IMG/VR virus record: IMGVR_UViG_3300050821_023931
Coordinates: 11,619 to 75,618 of that record
DNA length: 64,000 nt
Strand: one strand, 5' to 3'
From: a virus
Part shown: one piece after another, positions 41,424 to 51,675 of the stretch
Numbering within the stretch: the stretch's first letter is position 1
How the letters are laid out: every line of letters begins with the position of its first letter
The notes under the pieces: model-generated
Database searches by the model: none
Seen by the model: only the letters and a program-made list of their open reading frames with translations
What the model was told of the DNA's origin: nothing
Made by a program: the position numbers and the translations under genes

Positions 41424-42416
41424 ATGAAAACATATCAAGATTTAAAAAATCTTTTAGTATTTGACATTGAGACTGTTAAACTAACAAAAACTTTTTCTGG
41501 ATTAAGCGAAGGTATGCAAAAAGCTTGGAAAAAAACTTGTGATAAACCATCAGTTACAGATAATGGTGGTCCTGCTACGTTTGAACAATTGTATACGACT
41601 AAAGCTGCTTTATTTGCTGAATTTTCAAAAGTTATTTCCATATCTTATGGCGTTTTCACTGAGACAGCCGACAGAAATCTTCAACTAACCGTTAGTGAAA
41701 TTAGTGGTCATGATGAAGTGGAGATACTTACTAAATTTAATGAAGTAGTAAACAAGATTGGTTATAATTTAGTTATGGTAGGTCATAATATTAAATTCTT
41801 TGATATGCCTTTTCTATGTAAAAGATTTCTTATTAATGGTTTATTGATTCCACAACACATGGATATAAGAGGTAAGAAACCTTGGGAGATTAAACACCTA
41901 GATACAGCGGAGATTTGGAATTTTGGTAATCTTAAAGGATCTATGCCTTTGAGTACTATTACAACTGTTCTTGGTATACCATCAAGTAAAGATGATATTG
42001 ACGGTTCAATGGTTGATAGTACATACTATAATGAAGAAAATGGTTTAGCACGAATTACTTTGTATTGTTGCAAAGATGTTGTTGCTACAGCTCAAGCATA
42101 TTTAAGAATGAATAGTACACCAGTTATACCAGACGAAAATGTTACTATGCCGGAAATTGATTTGGTTGCCTTAGATCCTGAAATGTTTTTTAAACAAGGT
42201 AACTCTTACATGAAAAAGGTTATTGATTTTGAAAAAGAAAAATTAGAAAATATTGATTTCAAAAATAAAAAACAAACATCAACCACAACAGTAACTCCAG
42301 ATAAAAATGAAGATACTGGTTTAAATGTGAAAGATTACGTATCACCATATGGTTCTAAAATGGAACCAGTAATAAAAGATCCTTTATTTTCTGATGCTAA
42401 AATAGAATCTAAATAA
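41424..42416 (+). CDS. PolB-like 3'-5' exonuclease (DEDD)
   Basis: VFDIET, AALFAEFSKVISIS, GHNIKFFDMPF, KPWEIKHLDT, YCCKDV. Confidence 0.88.
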   Translation: MKTYQDLKNLLVFDIETVKLTKTFSGLSEGMQKAWKKTCDKPSVTDNGGPATFEQLYTTKAALFAEFSKVISISYGVFTETADRNLQLTVSEISGHDEVEILTKFNEVVNKIGYNLVMVGHNIKFFDMPFLCKRFLINGLLIPQHMDIRGKKPWEIKHLDTAEIWNFGNLKGSMPLSTITTVLGIPSSKDDIDGSMVDSTYYNEENGLARITLYCCKDVVATAQAYLRMNSTPVIPDENVTMPEIDLVALDPEMFFKQGNSYMKKVIDFEKEKLENIDFKNKKQTSTTTVTPDKNEDTGLNVKDYVSPYGSKMEPVIKDPLFSDAKIESK

Positions 42417-42423
42417 TTTCTAT

Positions 42424-42963
42424 ATGAAAATACTTTTAACCTTTATTCTATTTTTGCTTTCATTAACTGGTAAGTCTCAAACATGTATTGTTTACTTCGA
42501 AGCTGAAAGAAAAGGTGATGTAAATTTCACCTGGCAAATTAAGAGTGACGAAAAAGAATTAACATATTTGATTCAATGCTCTAATGATAAGTTAAATTTC
42601 ACTGATATGTATAAGTATAAAACTGAGCATAGAACTATCAATGTTTCTTTATTTTCGGATTATACTTATTTTCGGCTAAAAATCATGATTAATAAAGATT
42701 GTTATATTTATTCAGATATACTTTATTTAAAAAACGATCAGCCTATTCAAATATGTCCAGATGTTACCGGGGCTCATATAGTTTATATTACCAGTAAAGA
42801 AGAAGGTACTTGTTACATTTACAATAAAAGTAATACCCAGTTTTTATCATATTCGATTACTGAAGGCTATAATCAAATCTATTATCATTTACCCAATGAT
42901 GAATATACAGTAAAAGTATTTACTGAGAATTTTGTCCAACAAATTAAAATATTTGTAAAATGA
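42424..42963 (+). CDS. Secreted protein resembling a Bacteroidota FN3/Ig + T9SS C-terminal sorting domain
   Basis: Signal peptide ending KS|Q; VNFTW..SD...YLIQCSND...YFRLK...YSDI; terminal LPNDEYTVKV......IKIFVK. Confidence 0.5.
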   Translation: MKILLTFILFLLSLTGKSQTCIVYFEAERKGDVNFTWQIKSDEKELTYLIQCSNDKLNFTDMYKYKTEHRTINVSLFSDYTYFRLKIMINKDCYIYSDILYLKNDQPIQICPDVTGAHIVYITSKEEGTCYIYNKSNTQFLSYSITEGYNQIYYHLPNDEYTVKVFTENFVQQIKIFVK

Positions 42964-43220
42964 AAAAAATACTAATTATAATATTCTTCATCTTATCACA
43001 AACTATCAATTGTTACTCTTCTGATGGTAAACAAGTAGTAATAGTTTGTCATGCAGATGAAGTGAGTAATATAATAAATCCTCTATTAGATAGAGGTTAT
43101 ACTGTTGCTTCAATGACAGCAGAAAATGTATCTATAGCAATCGAAACACATTCTTTTATGATTTCTAAAGGATTAATCATCATAGTATTAAATAAACCAG
43201 TACCAAACATAAAGAAATAA
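42960..43220 (+). CDS. Small secreted protein
   Basis: N-terminal signal peptide. Confidence 0.55.
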   Translation: MKKILIIIFFILSQTINCYSSDGKQVVIVCHADEVSNIINPLLDRGYTVASMTAENVSIAIETHSFMISKGLIIIVLNKPVPNIKK

Positions 43221-43222
43221 TT

Positions 43223-43507
43223 ATGAATACTCACTATCTAAAACAAATTCGTAAAATATACGAAACAAAGTTTAAAAAGGATGAAAATGGATATACTTTA
43301 TTCGTTATTGATCATAAAAACCAACATGTTAGTAAATATGATTCTATAACATCTTTTATAAATGAATTTGTTAATTATGATGAACTAACCGGTATGTGGT
43401 CTATGTATGCTTCAATCTTTTATAAAGAAAGAATTTCAAAGAGACTACATAAAGCTGAGCAAAGACGAAAGTATTATGTAGCATTAGAAGAATTAAAACA
43501 ACAATAA
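43223..43507 (+). CDS. Hypothetical protein
   Basis: 94-aa ORF. Confidence 0.6.
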   Translation: MNTHYLKQIRKIYETKFKKDENGYTLFVIDHKNQHVSKYDSITSFINEFVNYDELTGMWSMYASIFYKERISKRLHKAEQRRKYYVALEELKQQ

Positions 43508-43508
43508 A

Positions 43509-44831
43509 TTAAGCTACTACCTTGGCTTTACTTAATCTGCCAAGTGTAGTAGTTTTTACTTCTTTATAAACAGAATGCTCTTTAATCTCTGCTGTAAATT
43601 CAAATATATCACCTTCAGTGAACTCTTCTAATTCCTTACCACCTAAAGAGTCAGCAACAATGAAGCTTTTATTTAGTTTACCAAATTTCTTAAAAATGTT
43701 ACCATTTTCATCTTTGAATGTCCATAAATACCAGGTACCATATTCACCCTCACCACTTTTAACATCTTCTAATATGAGTCTTAAAACGGCCTTCTCTCCT
43801 ACTTTACCAATCCATACAGATTCTTTATCTTTAAGCAATTGCTCTTGTCTCTCAAGACCTCTATAGTAAGAATTTATAGCCGGTGCAATTATCATAGCTT
43901 CATATAGTCTGATTTTGTTTCTTCCGGTTAAATCATTCAATACTTTATTGTGCTCAAGTTCAAATACCTCATCAAGAGGTGGGTTAGTTTTAGTACCTTT
44001 TAAAACTACATGTTCTGTTAAAGGTAGATTTTCAAAGTAGTGTCTTATTTTACCACAAATAGATTCATTGATACTTGTATTCAAAACAATATCCTTATCG
44101 AAAAGTATTTTCTCTAATTTATCATTAGTGGCCTTTCCATAGTTTGTTCTCCAGCATTCACCAACTCTTCTACCATGTCTATCAGTTTCAGAATCATACA
44201 ATTTTTTTATGTATCCTTCTTCAATAATTAATTTGTTCGCTAATGTAATTACAAGATCCAGTGAATGAGCAGTATTCCATTGACTTTGGACATTTTTAAA
44301 GTTGAAAGGTGTGAGACCAGTTATTTCCGTTTTGAATTCATTTATGATATCAAACGCTGATACAAATGATTCTGGATTAAGGCCGATGAAATGTTTCATA
44401 CAGCTTTTACCAACTTTTATAAAAGCATTCTTAGAATCTTTAAGAATGAATGATTTGTTTCGAGCTATTTTTCTGTTACAATGCTCACAGTGCATGTTAG
44501 TAACATCTTGATATTTAACTGGTAATTCATCCTCAACGTCTATAGTAAAATGACTAAGACTTTCGTGGTTTACTATGGCAAATAAAGCATAATCACCATT
44601 CAATTTAAATAATGAAGCAACATTGATAGTCACATCGATAACTTGAAAAAATTCTGATATCAGTTCAGTTTCTCCTGGAACAGATATTTCCTTATTATAA
44701 ATATCAGACAATTCCATTGTAGGCTCGGATAATCCGAACTTTACAGCAGCACGAACTACAGCTTTGAAAGCTTTACGAAGTTCGTACTCTTTTTCTTTAA
44801 GAATAGTAATATTTATAATTTTTTCAGTCAT
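43509..44831 (-). CDS. Hypothetical protein with Zn-binding CxxC...C and C-terminal OB-fold-like region
   Basis: CEHCNRKIARN...VGKSC; WIGKVGEK...GEYGTWYLWTFKDENGN...AEIKEHSVY. Confidence 0.7.
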   Translation of the reverse strand: MTEKIINITILKEKEYELRKAFKAVVRAAVKFGLSEPTMELSDIYNKEISVPGETELISEFFQVIDVTINVASLFKLNGDYALFAIVNHESLSHFTIDVEDELPVKYQDVTNMHCEHCNRKIARNKSFILKDSKNAFIKVGKSCMKHFIGLNPESFVSAFDIINEFKTEITGLTPFNFKNVQSQWNTAHSLDLVITLANKLIIEEGYIKKLYDSETDRHGRRVGECWRTNYGKATNDKLEKILFDKDIVLNTSINESICGKIRHYFENLPLTEHVVLKGTKTNPPLDEVFELEHNKVLNDLTGRNKIRLYEAMIIAPAINSYYRGLERQEQLLKDKESVWIGKVGEKAVLRLILEDVKSGEGEYGTWYLWTFKDENGNIFKKFGKLNKSFIVADSLGGKELEEFTEGDIFEFTAEIKEHSVYKEVKTTTLGRLSKAKVVA

Positions 44832-44977
44832 TACAATAAAGGTTTTTCAGGATGAAAGATTTCAATATGTACAAAATGATTGTTGATTTGTAATTCAACA
44901 TGTCCACAATAAGGACAAACATGACCAAAACATTCCTGTTCAAGGTCTTCTATTTCAATAATATTATTTTCGCTCAT
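44831..44977 (-). CDS. Small zinc-ribbon protein (likely start MSENNIIE)
   Basis: CPYC; ATG at 44977. Confidence 0.45.
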   Translation of the reverse strand: MSENNIIEIEDLEQECFGHVCPYCGHVELQINNHFVHIEIFHPEKPLL

Positions 44978-45332
44978 TTTGTTGCCATTTAATAAAATCT
45001 GTAATACATTCAAAGATTGCTTCAATGCATGGTCCTGTACCCATAAATGAAGGGTTTTTATCATCAAGACTTTTTATATGACATGAAGATGAGTAAATTA
45101 TCAATTCAAAATCTTTACAGAAAGCCTTTTCTAATTTTAAAACTACCGGCATTAATTCATTCCAGTCAGAATGATAGGAAAATTGATAAAGATTATAACC
45201 ATATTCTTCACCATCAATCATTTTATGGTATCTATTAGGTAGATGTTCATATTTACCAAGTAACCAGCCTTCATGTTTAGCAATTATTTTATTACCTTCA
45301 ATAATTTTTTCTTCGTTCATATTAGTAACCAT
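44964..45332 (-). CDS. Hypothetical phage protein
   Basis: EGNKIIA...YHSDWNELMPVV. Confidence 0.7.
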   Translation of the reverse strand: MVTNMNEEKIIEGNKIIAKHEGWLLGKYEHLPNRYHKMIDGEEYGYNLYQFSYHSDWNELMPVVLKLEKAFCKDFELIIYSSSCHIKSLDDKNPSFMGTGPCIEAIFECITDFIKWQQNERK

Positions 45333-45406
45333 AATGTATTTAACGGCTAAAACTAATAAATGTTTTCGAATATAAAAAATATTTTGATATTTTCCTTTAA
45401 ATTTTA

Positions 45407-46495
45407 CTATAAAATACCCTTAGTCAGCTTTTTATAATTTGTAAAGACTTCTTTATCAAAGATATTGATCATTTCATCTTTTATCTCAGATTCCATGTTT
45501 TCTTGAAGTTTTATGAAATCTACTGTAATAGTTTCAATTTCCCAGTTAAAAGTATCAGGATCCAGTTTTAGTTCTAATTGAGGTTCTTTTACCTTGTTTG
45601 TATCAAACATCTCTACACGTTCAAAAACATGATTCTCCATTAAACCAAGTAAAGACTTCCTGGCCTTCTTACTATCCAATAATAAATTACTATTTAATAC
45701 TAGGTCCACCATATCATGAGATACATTACTTGATGATAATTTAACCAAGTCTTCTTCTGTAGCAATTTCCAAGGTTTTATATTCTGGAGAATAAGTATTT
45801 TCATAAGTATCAATTTCACCAGTTTTCATATCTAGGATAAAAACAGCTTTAGTATCATTTTTATCGGCCCTGTCCATATGATATGGTGCTCCCACATAAG
45901 TAAAATTACCATAAGTTTGACGTATATGAATGTGTCCTGAAAACACATGATTAAAATGTTTAAAAGCATTAAGTCTTACAAGTGTGTCAATAGCTTTCCT
46001 TTCATTGTCAAAAGCTCCTTGAAGTTCGCTGTGACAAAAAACATAGTCACATTGTTTATTAGCAAGCAAAAGACTCATTTGTTCATCACGGTTTTCGATC
46101 CAAGGTAGAATGTATATTTTTTTATTATCCTGTGTGATTATTTTAGGTCTTTCATAAAAGAATAGATTATCAATATGTTTGAGCCATCTTAAACTATTTT
46201 GTGTTGGGTCTATGATAGAATACATATCGTGATTACCTATCATTACATGTGTAGGTAATATCTTTGTTGTAGCTTCAAATATTTCCTGGGCCAGTAATAA
46301 TGCCGGAATATAAATGGATGTTCTATCATGAAATATATCACCAAGAAAGTATAAATGATCACCTGGTCTGGCTTTATCTTTAAGCATTGGTATAAACCAT
46401 TCAAAAAAGTAGTCTCTTGCACTTTTTACCCACTTTTCAGCGTGTAAAGCATGAACTCCCAAATGTATATCCGAAATAATAAAAGATTTACTCAT
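45407..46495 (-). CDS. SbcD/Mre11/T4 gp47-like recombination nuclease subunit
   Basis: SDIHLG, LGDIFHDR, GNHD, FCH, FSGHIH metallophosphoesterase motifs. Confidence 0.9.
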   Translation of the reverse strand: MSKSFIISDIHLGVHALHAEKWVKSARDYFFEWFIPMLKDKARPGDHLYFLGDIFHDRTSIYIPALLLAQEIFEATTKILPTHVMIGNHDMYSIIDPTQNSLRWLKHIDNLFFYERPKIITQDNKKIYILPWIENRDEQMSLLLANKQCDYVFCHSELQGAFDNERKAIDTLVRLNAFKHFNHVFSGHIHIRQTYGNFTYVGAPYHMDRADKNDTKAVFILDMKTGEIDTYENTYSPEYKTLEIATEEDLVKLSSSNVSHDMVDLVLNSNLLLDSKKARKSLLGLMENHVFERVEMFDTNKVKEPQLELKLDPDTFNWEIETITVDFIKLQENMESEIKDEMINIFDKEVFTNYKKLTKGIL

Positions 46496-46565
46496 GTATT
46501 ATTATATATTAAAAATGAGCTTTAGTTGTAATACTTAGATATATAAAGAAAACAGAACTTAAACA

Positions 46566-47417
46566 ATGGCTTGGTATGGTAGCAGCTCAAATAGTAAAAA
46601 GAAAAAAACTACCCAGAAAAAAGAAAAAGTGAGTACAACCAATGTTCAAGAGAAGGTCATGGGAACAGCAATGGTAAGGATTGTTGAAACCAAAAAAGAT
46701 ATTATTTTCAAAAGTAAAGAACCATTTCAAATGGAAGATATGAAAGAAGAAACTGAACCAGTTAAAATTATTAAAGAGGAAATTAAACCCATAGAGCCTA
46801 TTAAAATTGTAGAAGCTACTGTTACTGAAATACCTATAGCAGTTAAAGAAATACTTCCAGTTATTGAAACTCCTGTTGAAGTAAAGGCTCCTGTGATCGA
46901 AAAAGTTATACCAGTTAAAATTGTAGTTGAAGAGAATATAATAGAACCAGTTATACCAGAAATTATTCCAGAAATAATTGAAGAATCGAAAATAGAGGTT
47001 CCTGAAGTAATACAAATCACTAATGTGGAAGAAGTTGTTCCTTCAATTACACCTATAGAAGAACCTGTAGAAAAAGATTTAAACCCTTTAGATTTAATTA
47101 ATAAAGCAAATCTTCCAGATGATGCAGAAATAGTTCTTACCGAAGAAGAATTAAAAAGTATGCTTTCTAAAATAGAAATGAATGTGAAAGAAAGTATAGT
47201 AATGGGTGAAGTTGGGTATACAGAACCTATATTTCCTATTGATAGTAAAGCAGAGAAATTCAGACAACTTTCTAAAAAACCATTCGAACTAAGATATAAA
47301 GGAATCAAAATATTTGATTCCTATACAAATAAAAGAAAGGTTCAGTTTGAATTTACTCATGTATTTGTTGGTGATAGAAAATATCCTTATCAAAATTTAA
47401 CTATCCTTAATAAGTAA
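46566..47417 (+). CDS. Hypothetical protein with E/P/I/V-rich low-complexity linker
   Basis: 283-aa ORF; GATATATAA upstream. Confidence 0.75.
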   Translation: MAWYGSSSNSKKKKTTQKKEKVSTTNVQEKVMGTAMVRIVETKKDIIFKSKEPFQMEDMKEETEPVKIIKEEIKPIEPIKIVEATVTEIPIAVKEILPVIETPVEVKAPVIEKVIPVKIVVEENIIEPVIPEIIPEIIEESKIEVPEVIQITNVEEVVPSITPIEEPVEKDLNPLDLINKANLPDDAEIVLTEEELKSMLSKIEMNVKESIVMGEVGYTEPIFPIDSKAEKFRQLSKKPFELRYKGIKIFDSYTNKRKVQFEFTHVFVGDRKYPYQNLTILNK

Positions 47418-47431
47418 AAGATATATAGAAT

Positions 47432-49237
47432 ATGACAAAGTTTTTTAAGAAATTTGATAGTTTTATGAATGAAGGTGCTATGATTGATCTTAGTACTATA
47501 TTTGTATCAGCCGTTTTTGGAAGAAGTCTTTTTGAATATAGAAAAGTCAATCTTAAATTATGTGTTAGTGGTATTAATAATATTCTTGAAAAATCTTTTA
47601 ATGAGTTTACTTCCAATAATGTTAATGAGGCTGTATCTGTAGACCGTTATGATCAGGCTATGGAATATTTAAATTTGTATATTGAAAAATTAGAAACTTT
47701 TATCGATTCTTTAAATAAGAAAATTATTGATAAAGAACAAGCAAAAGAATTAGTTGATCTTATAAAAAAAATAGACAAACAATATTTCTCTCCTGCTATA
47801 AATGATATTTTAGCTGAACATTTAAAAGATTTTAATAAATTAAGGCTAATAACAAAACCTTACACCTCTAGTATAGACTCTAAACCATTTGTTATAAGTA
47901 AACAAGATATAGAAAAAAAGACCGCTGACCTAGCTGTATTAAAAGATTCGTATCTTGATTTGGTTAGAGATCAATCTGATATAGAATATGGTATAGAAAA
48001 TAATAAACCTTTACCCGATCCTGATTTTACTGTACAATTTTCACCAGGACAAAATAAAACACAAAATTCAGATCCTAAAAATCCAGATTTTTTACAAATA
48101 CAAGAATGGCTTAAGAAATTCCCTGAACTACTAAATATGTTCACCAAATTTAGATTCGATGAGAAAGTCTCGATGAGAAATATAGAAGCACTTATTAAAG
48201 ATATAATACTATACAGGGATTATGTGGGACATTTACCAAAACCAGTAGATCAATATGAATTATTCGATGAATTATCAAATGATATTAAGGATTTAAAAAG
48301 TAAATTTAAAGTAAACAACACTACAGAAATAACAAAAAATAAACCTACACCATGGAGTAATGGTAAAAAGGAAACTTTAACAAACTATTTAATTGAAAAT
48401 TATAAAAAACAAATAAATGAATATTTAGTAGATATTGCTAAAAGTAAATTTACTAATCCTACAGCTAAAGCCCGTGTAGAGTATAATAAGATTTTGGAAA
48501 AAAGTTGGGTTGAATATAAAGACGAATTATTTGAAAAATGGAAAGATTATTATCTTATAGATAAACTAAGTAAGTTTTTTGAAATTGGTATAAAAATGAC
48601 GACTACAAAATTACATGATTATAAAGATAATACTGATAATGATGTTGCTCAAAGGGTCCTTGAAAAATTACCTTTTATTGATGCTAGTAGTTTAGAATCT
48701 GGTATTTCACATATAACAGCAGGAAATTTTTATATGGTACCTATTCTTGGTAATAATGATCATCCAACGCCACACTGCATTATATTCTTTATACCAAATA
48801 ATATAGAACAAATTGATAATCATGCTGGGTTATGGGCTATTCCTATAGCAAAGGTAAAATTTAATAATTTTAAATATAAAGTTGAACAATTCTTTCTTGA
48901 TAGCTCCAACAATTTACTTTCTTCATCACCCATTTTCTTAGTTACTAATACCAAAGCTAATTTAGATATAGATGGTCAGAAAATACTTCTTGTTAAAGTT
49001 GTACCTAATGAATTCAATATGTTAAAAATGCGATATATCAGAGTTGAAAATCCTGATACTGATAGAAAAGAAAATAGACTGTATATAGGATCACCAATTT
49101 TTAAACTATTAGCATCTGAGATGAAAGACAAATTTAAAATTGATAAAAATAGTTTACATATAAAATATTATCCTAAAGATAAAGATGATATTGAAACCTA
49201 TTTCTTCAGACAAAAAAGAACTAAAAAAGACAATTAA
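47432..49237 (+). CDS. Putative internal virion protein
   Basis: N-terminus FFKKFDSFMNE, second internal KSFNEFTSNNVNE; GATATATAG upstream. Confidence 0.65.
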   Translation: MTKFFKKFDSFMNEGAMIDLSTIFVSAVFGRSLFEYRKVNLKLCVSGINNILEKSFNEFTSNNVNEAVSVDRYDQAMEYLNLYIEKLETFIDSLNKKIIDKEQAKELVDLIKKIDKQYFSPAINDILAEHLKDFNKLRLITKPYTSSIDSKPFVISKQDIEKKTADLAVLKDSYLDLVRDQSDIEYGIENNKPLPDPDFTVQFSPGQNKTQNSDPKNPDFLQIQEWLKKFPELLNMFTKFRFDEKVSMRNIEALIKDIILYRDYVGHLPKPVDQYELFDELSNDIKDLKSKFKVNNTTEITKNKPTPWSNGKKETLTNYLIENYKKQINEYLVDIAKSKFTNPTAKARVEYNKILEKSWVEYKDELFEKWKDYYLIDKLSKFFEIGIKMTTTKLHDYKDNTDNDVAQRVLEKLPFIDASSLESGISHITAGNFYMVPILGNNDHPTPHCIIFFIPNNIEQIDNHAGLWAIPIAKVKFNNFKYKVEQFFLDSSNNLLSSSPIFLVTNTKANLDIDGQKILLVKVVPNEFNMLKMRYIRVENPDTDRKENRLYIGSPIFKLLASEMKDKFKIDKNSLHIKYYPKDKDDIETYFFRQKRTKKDN

Positions 49238-49241
49238 ACTT

Positions 49242-49616
49242 ATGAGTATTTTAAAATTTTCAGACTGGAAAAAACAACAAACAATAAATGAGGATCTTGA
49301 TATGACACAAAATCTGAAAGATCTCGAAATGGATAGAACCGATGCTCAGGCAATAATTTCTAGGATAGATTCTATTAAAACTATTACAACACCAGAACAA
49401 CTTGATTCTACTAAAGAATCAGTTTTTAATCAATACAAAGATAAGAAAGGAACTGCTACAGTAGCTGCTTTATCTTTATTGGATCTTGAAAGTCAACATA
49501 GACTTTATCAGATTAAAACTCAAGATGCTAGCAAGAAATTCACAGAAACTATTACAAGTCTCGATGAAACTATAAAATCTTTGAAAGATAAAGCAACAGC
49601 TAACCCTAACGAATAA
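49242..49616 (+). CDS. Putative internal virion protein, helical (likely start MSILKFSDW)
   Basis: ATG 4 nt after the previous stop; ILKFSDWKKQQTINE. Confidence 0.6.
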   Translation: MSILKFSDWKKQQTINEDLDMTQNLKDLEMDRTDAQAIISRIDSIKTITTPEQLDSTKESVFNQYKDKKGTATVAALSLLDLESQHRLYQIKTQDASKKFTETITSLDETIKSLKDKATANPNE

Positions 49617-49635
49617 ATAATATCCTATATAAGAT

Positions 49636-51078
49636 ATGGCTGATGAAAATGAATTTTTAGCAATCGATGAAAGTCTTGATAATATAGAAAGTATTGTAGG
49701 TGAAATACGTGATACAGTTAATAAACAAGATGAATCAGAAGATGATTTTGTCTCTTCTGACAAAGCTGATTTTTATGAAACTGTAAAAAGTATAAACACT
49801 ACTCTCGAAAGTGTAAATAGTTATTTTCAAAATATGGGATCTTCTAAGGTTGATAATCTTCAGGAGCCTATAGAACCTATTGAGGATATCACCAATGATA
49901 GAATTTCTGATCAATTAATAGAAACTACTAAAGTAGATAATGCTATGCTTGTGGATCATTTGACCGAAATAAATGATACACTTAAAGAAATAAAATCTTT
50001 TAACAATCCTGAAAATACAACTAATATTAGTCCAGAAGAAACCAATAAAATAGAAAACATCAATAAATCGTCTCAAGGTATAGATCAGGAGATGAAAACT
50101 ATAGCTGAACTACAAGAAAGTATTTCTAGTACTAATATAAACAATCAAGGTACCGATATTCTATCAGAATTAAAAGGTGTGTCTGGTGTAAATTGGCAAG
50201 ATGAATTGATTGAGCCTTTACAGCAATTAAGAGATATTATAAATGAGCCAGTATTAAAAGATAATATAACAAGTGTTTTAGATAGCTTATCCTCTAAAAA
50301 TATTGATTTGTCAAAAATACAAGAACTTGAAAAAATATTACCAAATATTACGAGTTCTCTCAAAGATTTTAAATTAGACCCGGCAGCATTTAAGGACCTA
50401 GAAGAATTCGAAGAAAATATTAATAATATCAAAACCGTTATGGCTTCAAATAAGTCATCTAATGATTTTGAAAGTCTTGAAAAAGCTAATAATCCAATAT
50501 CACAAATAAATACTATACCAGTAACAAATGTGTCAGATGATATGAATTATATTCCTGGTCAAAATGCTATGACTGACACATCTGATTTTGATACAGAGAC
50601 TTCTGAAATTAATATTGCAAAAGAAACTAATACTGAATCTAATTTAAAAAAAACTCCTGATGTATTAACACTTGAACATAATCAAGAAGCAGCTACGTCG
50701 GATTTTGTTGTAGAACCACATAGTTCTCAACAAATAATGCATTCTGAGAATACCACTGATAATCCTTTAGAGACTTCTAATAGTACAAACTCACAAATGA
50801 CAAAACTGGTTGAGCTTGTACAGAAACAAAATGATCTATTAAATTCTTTTATCCAAATAAAAACAACTGACCCAGAAAAAGATAATAAACCAGAAAAACC
50901 TATAATGGAAATGGGTAGTGCACAAAGTAAAGAAGCTGGTACCACTGAATCCGCTGATGATGCTACAAATATCGTATTACAACAATTGGTCTCAATAATG
51001 GGTATATTAAATTCTAGTATATCAGAACTTTCTTCTTCAATGATGGCTTCTAGGAATAAACCAATAAAATTGAACTAA
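49636..51078 (+). CDS. Acidic N/E/S/T-rich hypothetical protein
   Basis: 480-aa ORF, low complexity/coiled-coil. Confidence 0.75.
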   Translation: MADENEFLAIDESLDNIESIVGEIRDTVNKQDESEDDFVSSDKADFYETVKSINTTLESVNSYFQNMGSSKVDNLQEPIEPIEDITNDRISDQLIETTKVDNAMLVDHLTEINDTLKEIKSFNNPENTTNISPEETNKIENINKSSQGIDQEMKTIAELQESISSTNINNQGTDILSELKGVSGVNWQDELIEPLQQLRDIINEPVLKDNITSVLDSLSSKNIDLSKIQELEKILPNITSSLKDFKLDPAAFKDLEEFEENINNIKTVMASNKSSNDFESLEKANNPISQINTIPVTNVSDDMNYIPGQNAMTDTSDFDTETSEINIAKETNTESNLKKTPDVLTLEHNQEAATSDFVVEPHSSQQIMHSENTTDNPLETSNSTNSQMTKLVELVQKQNDLLNSFIQIKTTDPEKDNKPEKPIMEMGSAQSKEAGTTESADDATNIVLQQLVSIMGILNSSISELSSSMMASRNKPIKLN

Positions 51079-51506
51079 TCTTTCATTAGTTTCTCAAGAT
51101 GATCAAGTCGCTCAGCATTTACCATAGCAAAGTTAACTTCTCTCTCAGATTTATTTGGTGATAAGTTCTCTGGGAAATAACCAACATTTTTATAAAAAGT
51201 ATCATCATCAATTTCTTCACTATCGATATTAAATACTCGGTAACAGGACTCATTACTAATTATAAGATATAAAGGAACAATAGATTTTTCACAATCCATT
51301 ACGACAAAAATATCATTTCCGGATAATGATTCTTTTAAGAAATTATCTGACATTTTGATAAATGCCCAAGGAGAAACACTGGATAATAAATCAAAGAAAC
51401 CAACTGTTTTTACCAGAACCGTTATAGTATAACACCAGATATCAACAACTTCGATATCTCTTCTGTTATTAAATCCTTTTATAATGCGTAATGTTAGATT
51501 GTTCAT
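51075..51506 (-). CDS. Hypothetical protein
   Basis: 143-aa ORF with TACATTTG element upstream. Confidence 0.7.
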   Translation of the reverse strand: MNNLTLRIIKGFNNRRDIEVVDIWCYTITVLVKTVGFFDLLSSVSPWAFIKMSDNFLKESLSGNDIFVVMDCEKSIVPLYLIISNESCYRVFNIDSEEIDDDTFYKNVGYFPENLSPNKSEREVNFAMVNAERLDHLEKLMKD

Positions 51507-51675
51507 ATTTTTATTAATCGTTGTATGATAGTCAAATGTAAAACTTTTTTCGGTAACACAAAAATAAAATAATTAAAATTTTGGTAATGTGGATAATTTT
51601 ATAATGAAATAATTAATATTTTCTAAAACTTATATTGGTTTTACTATAAAAGTATTAATATCAAACATCAATAAC

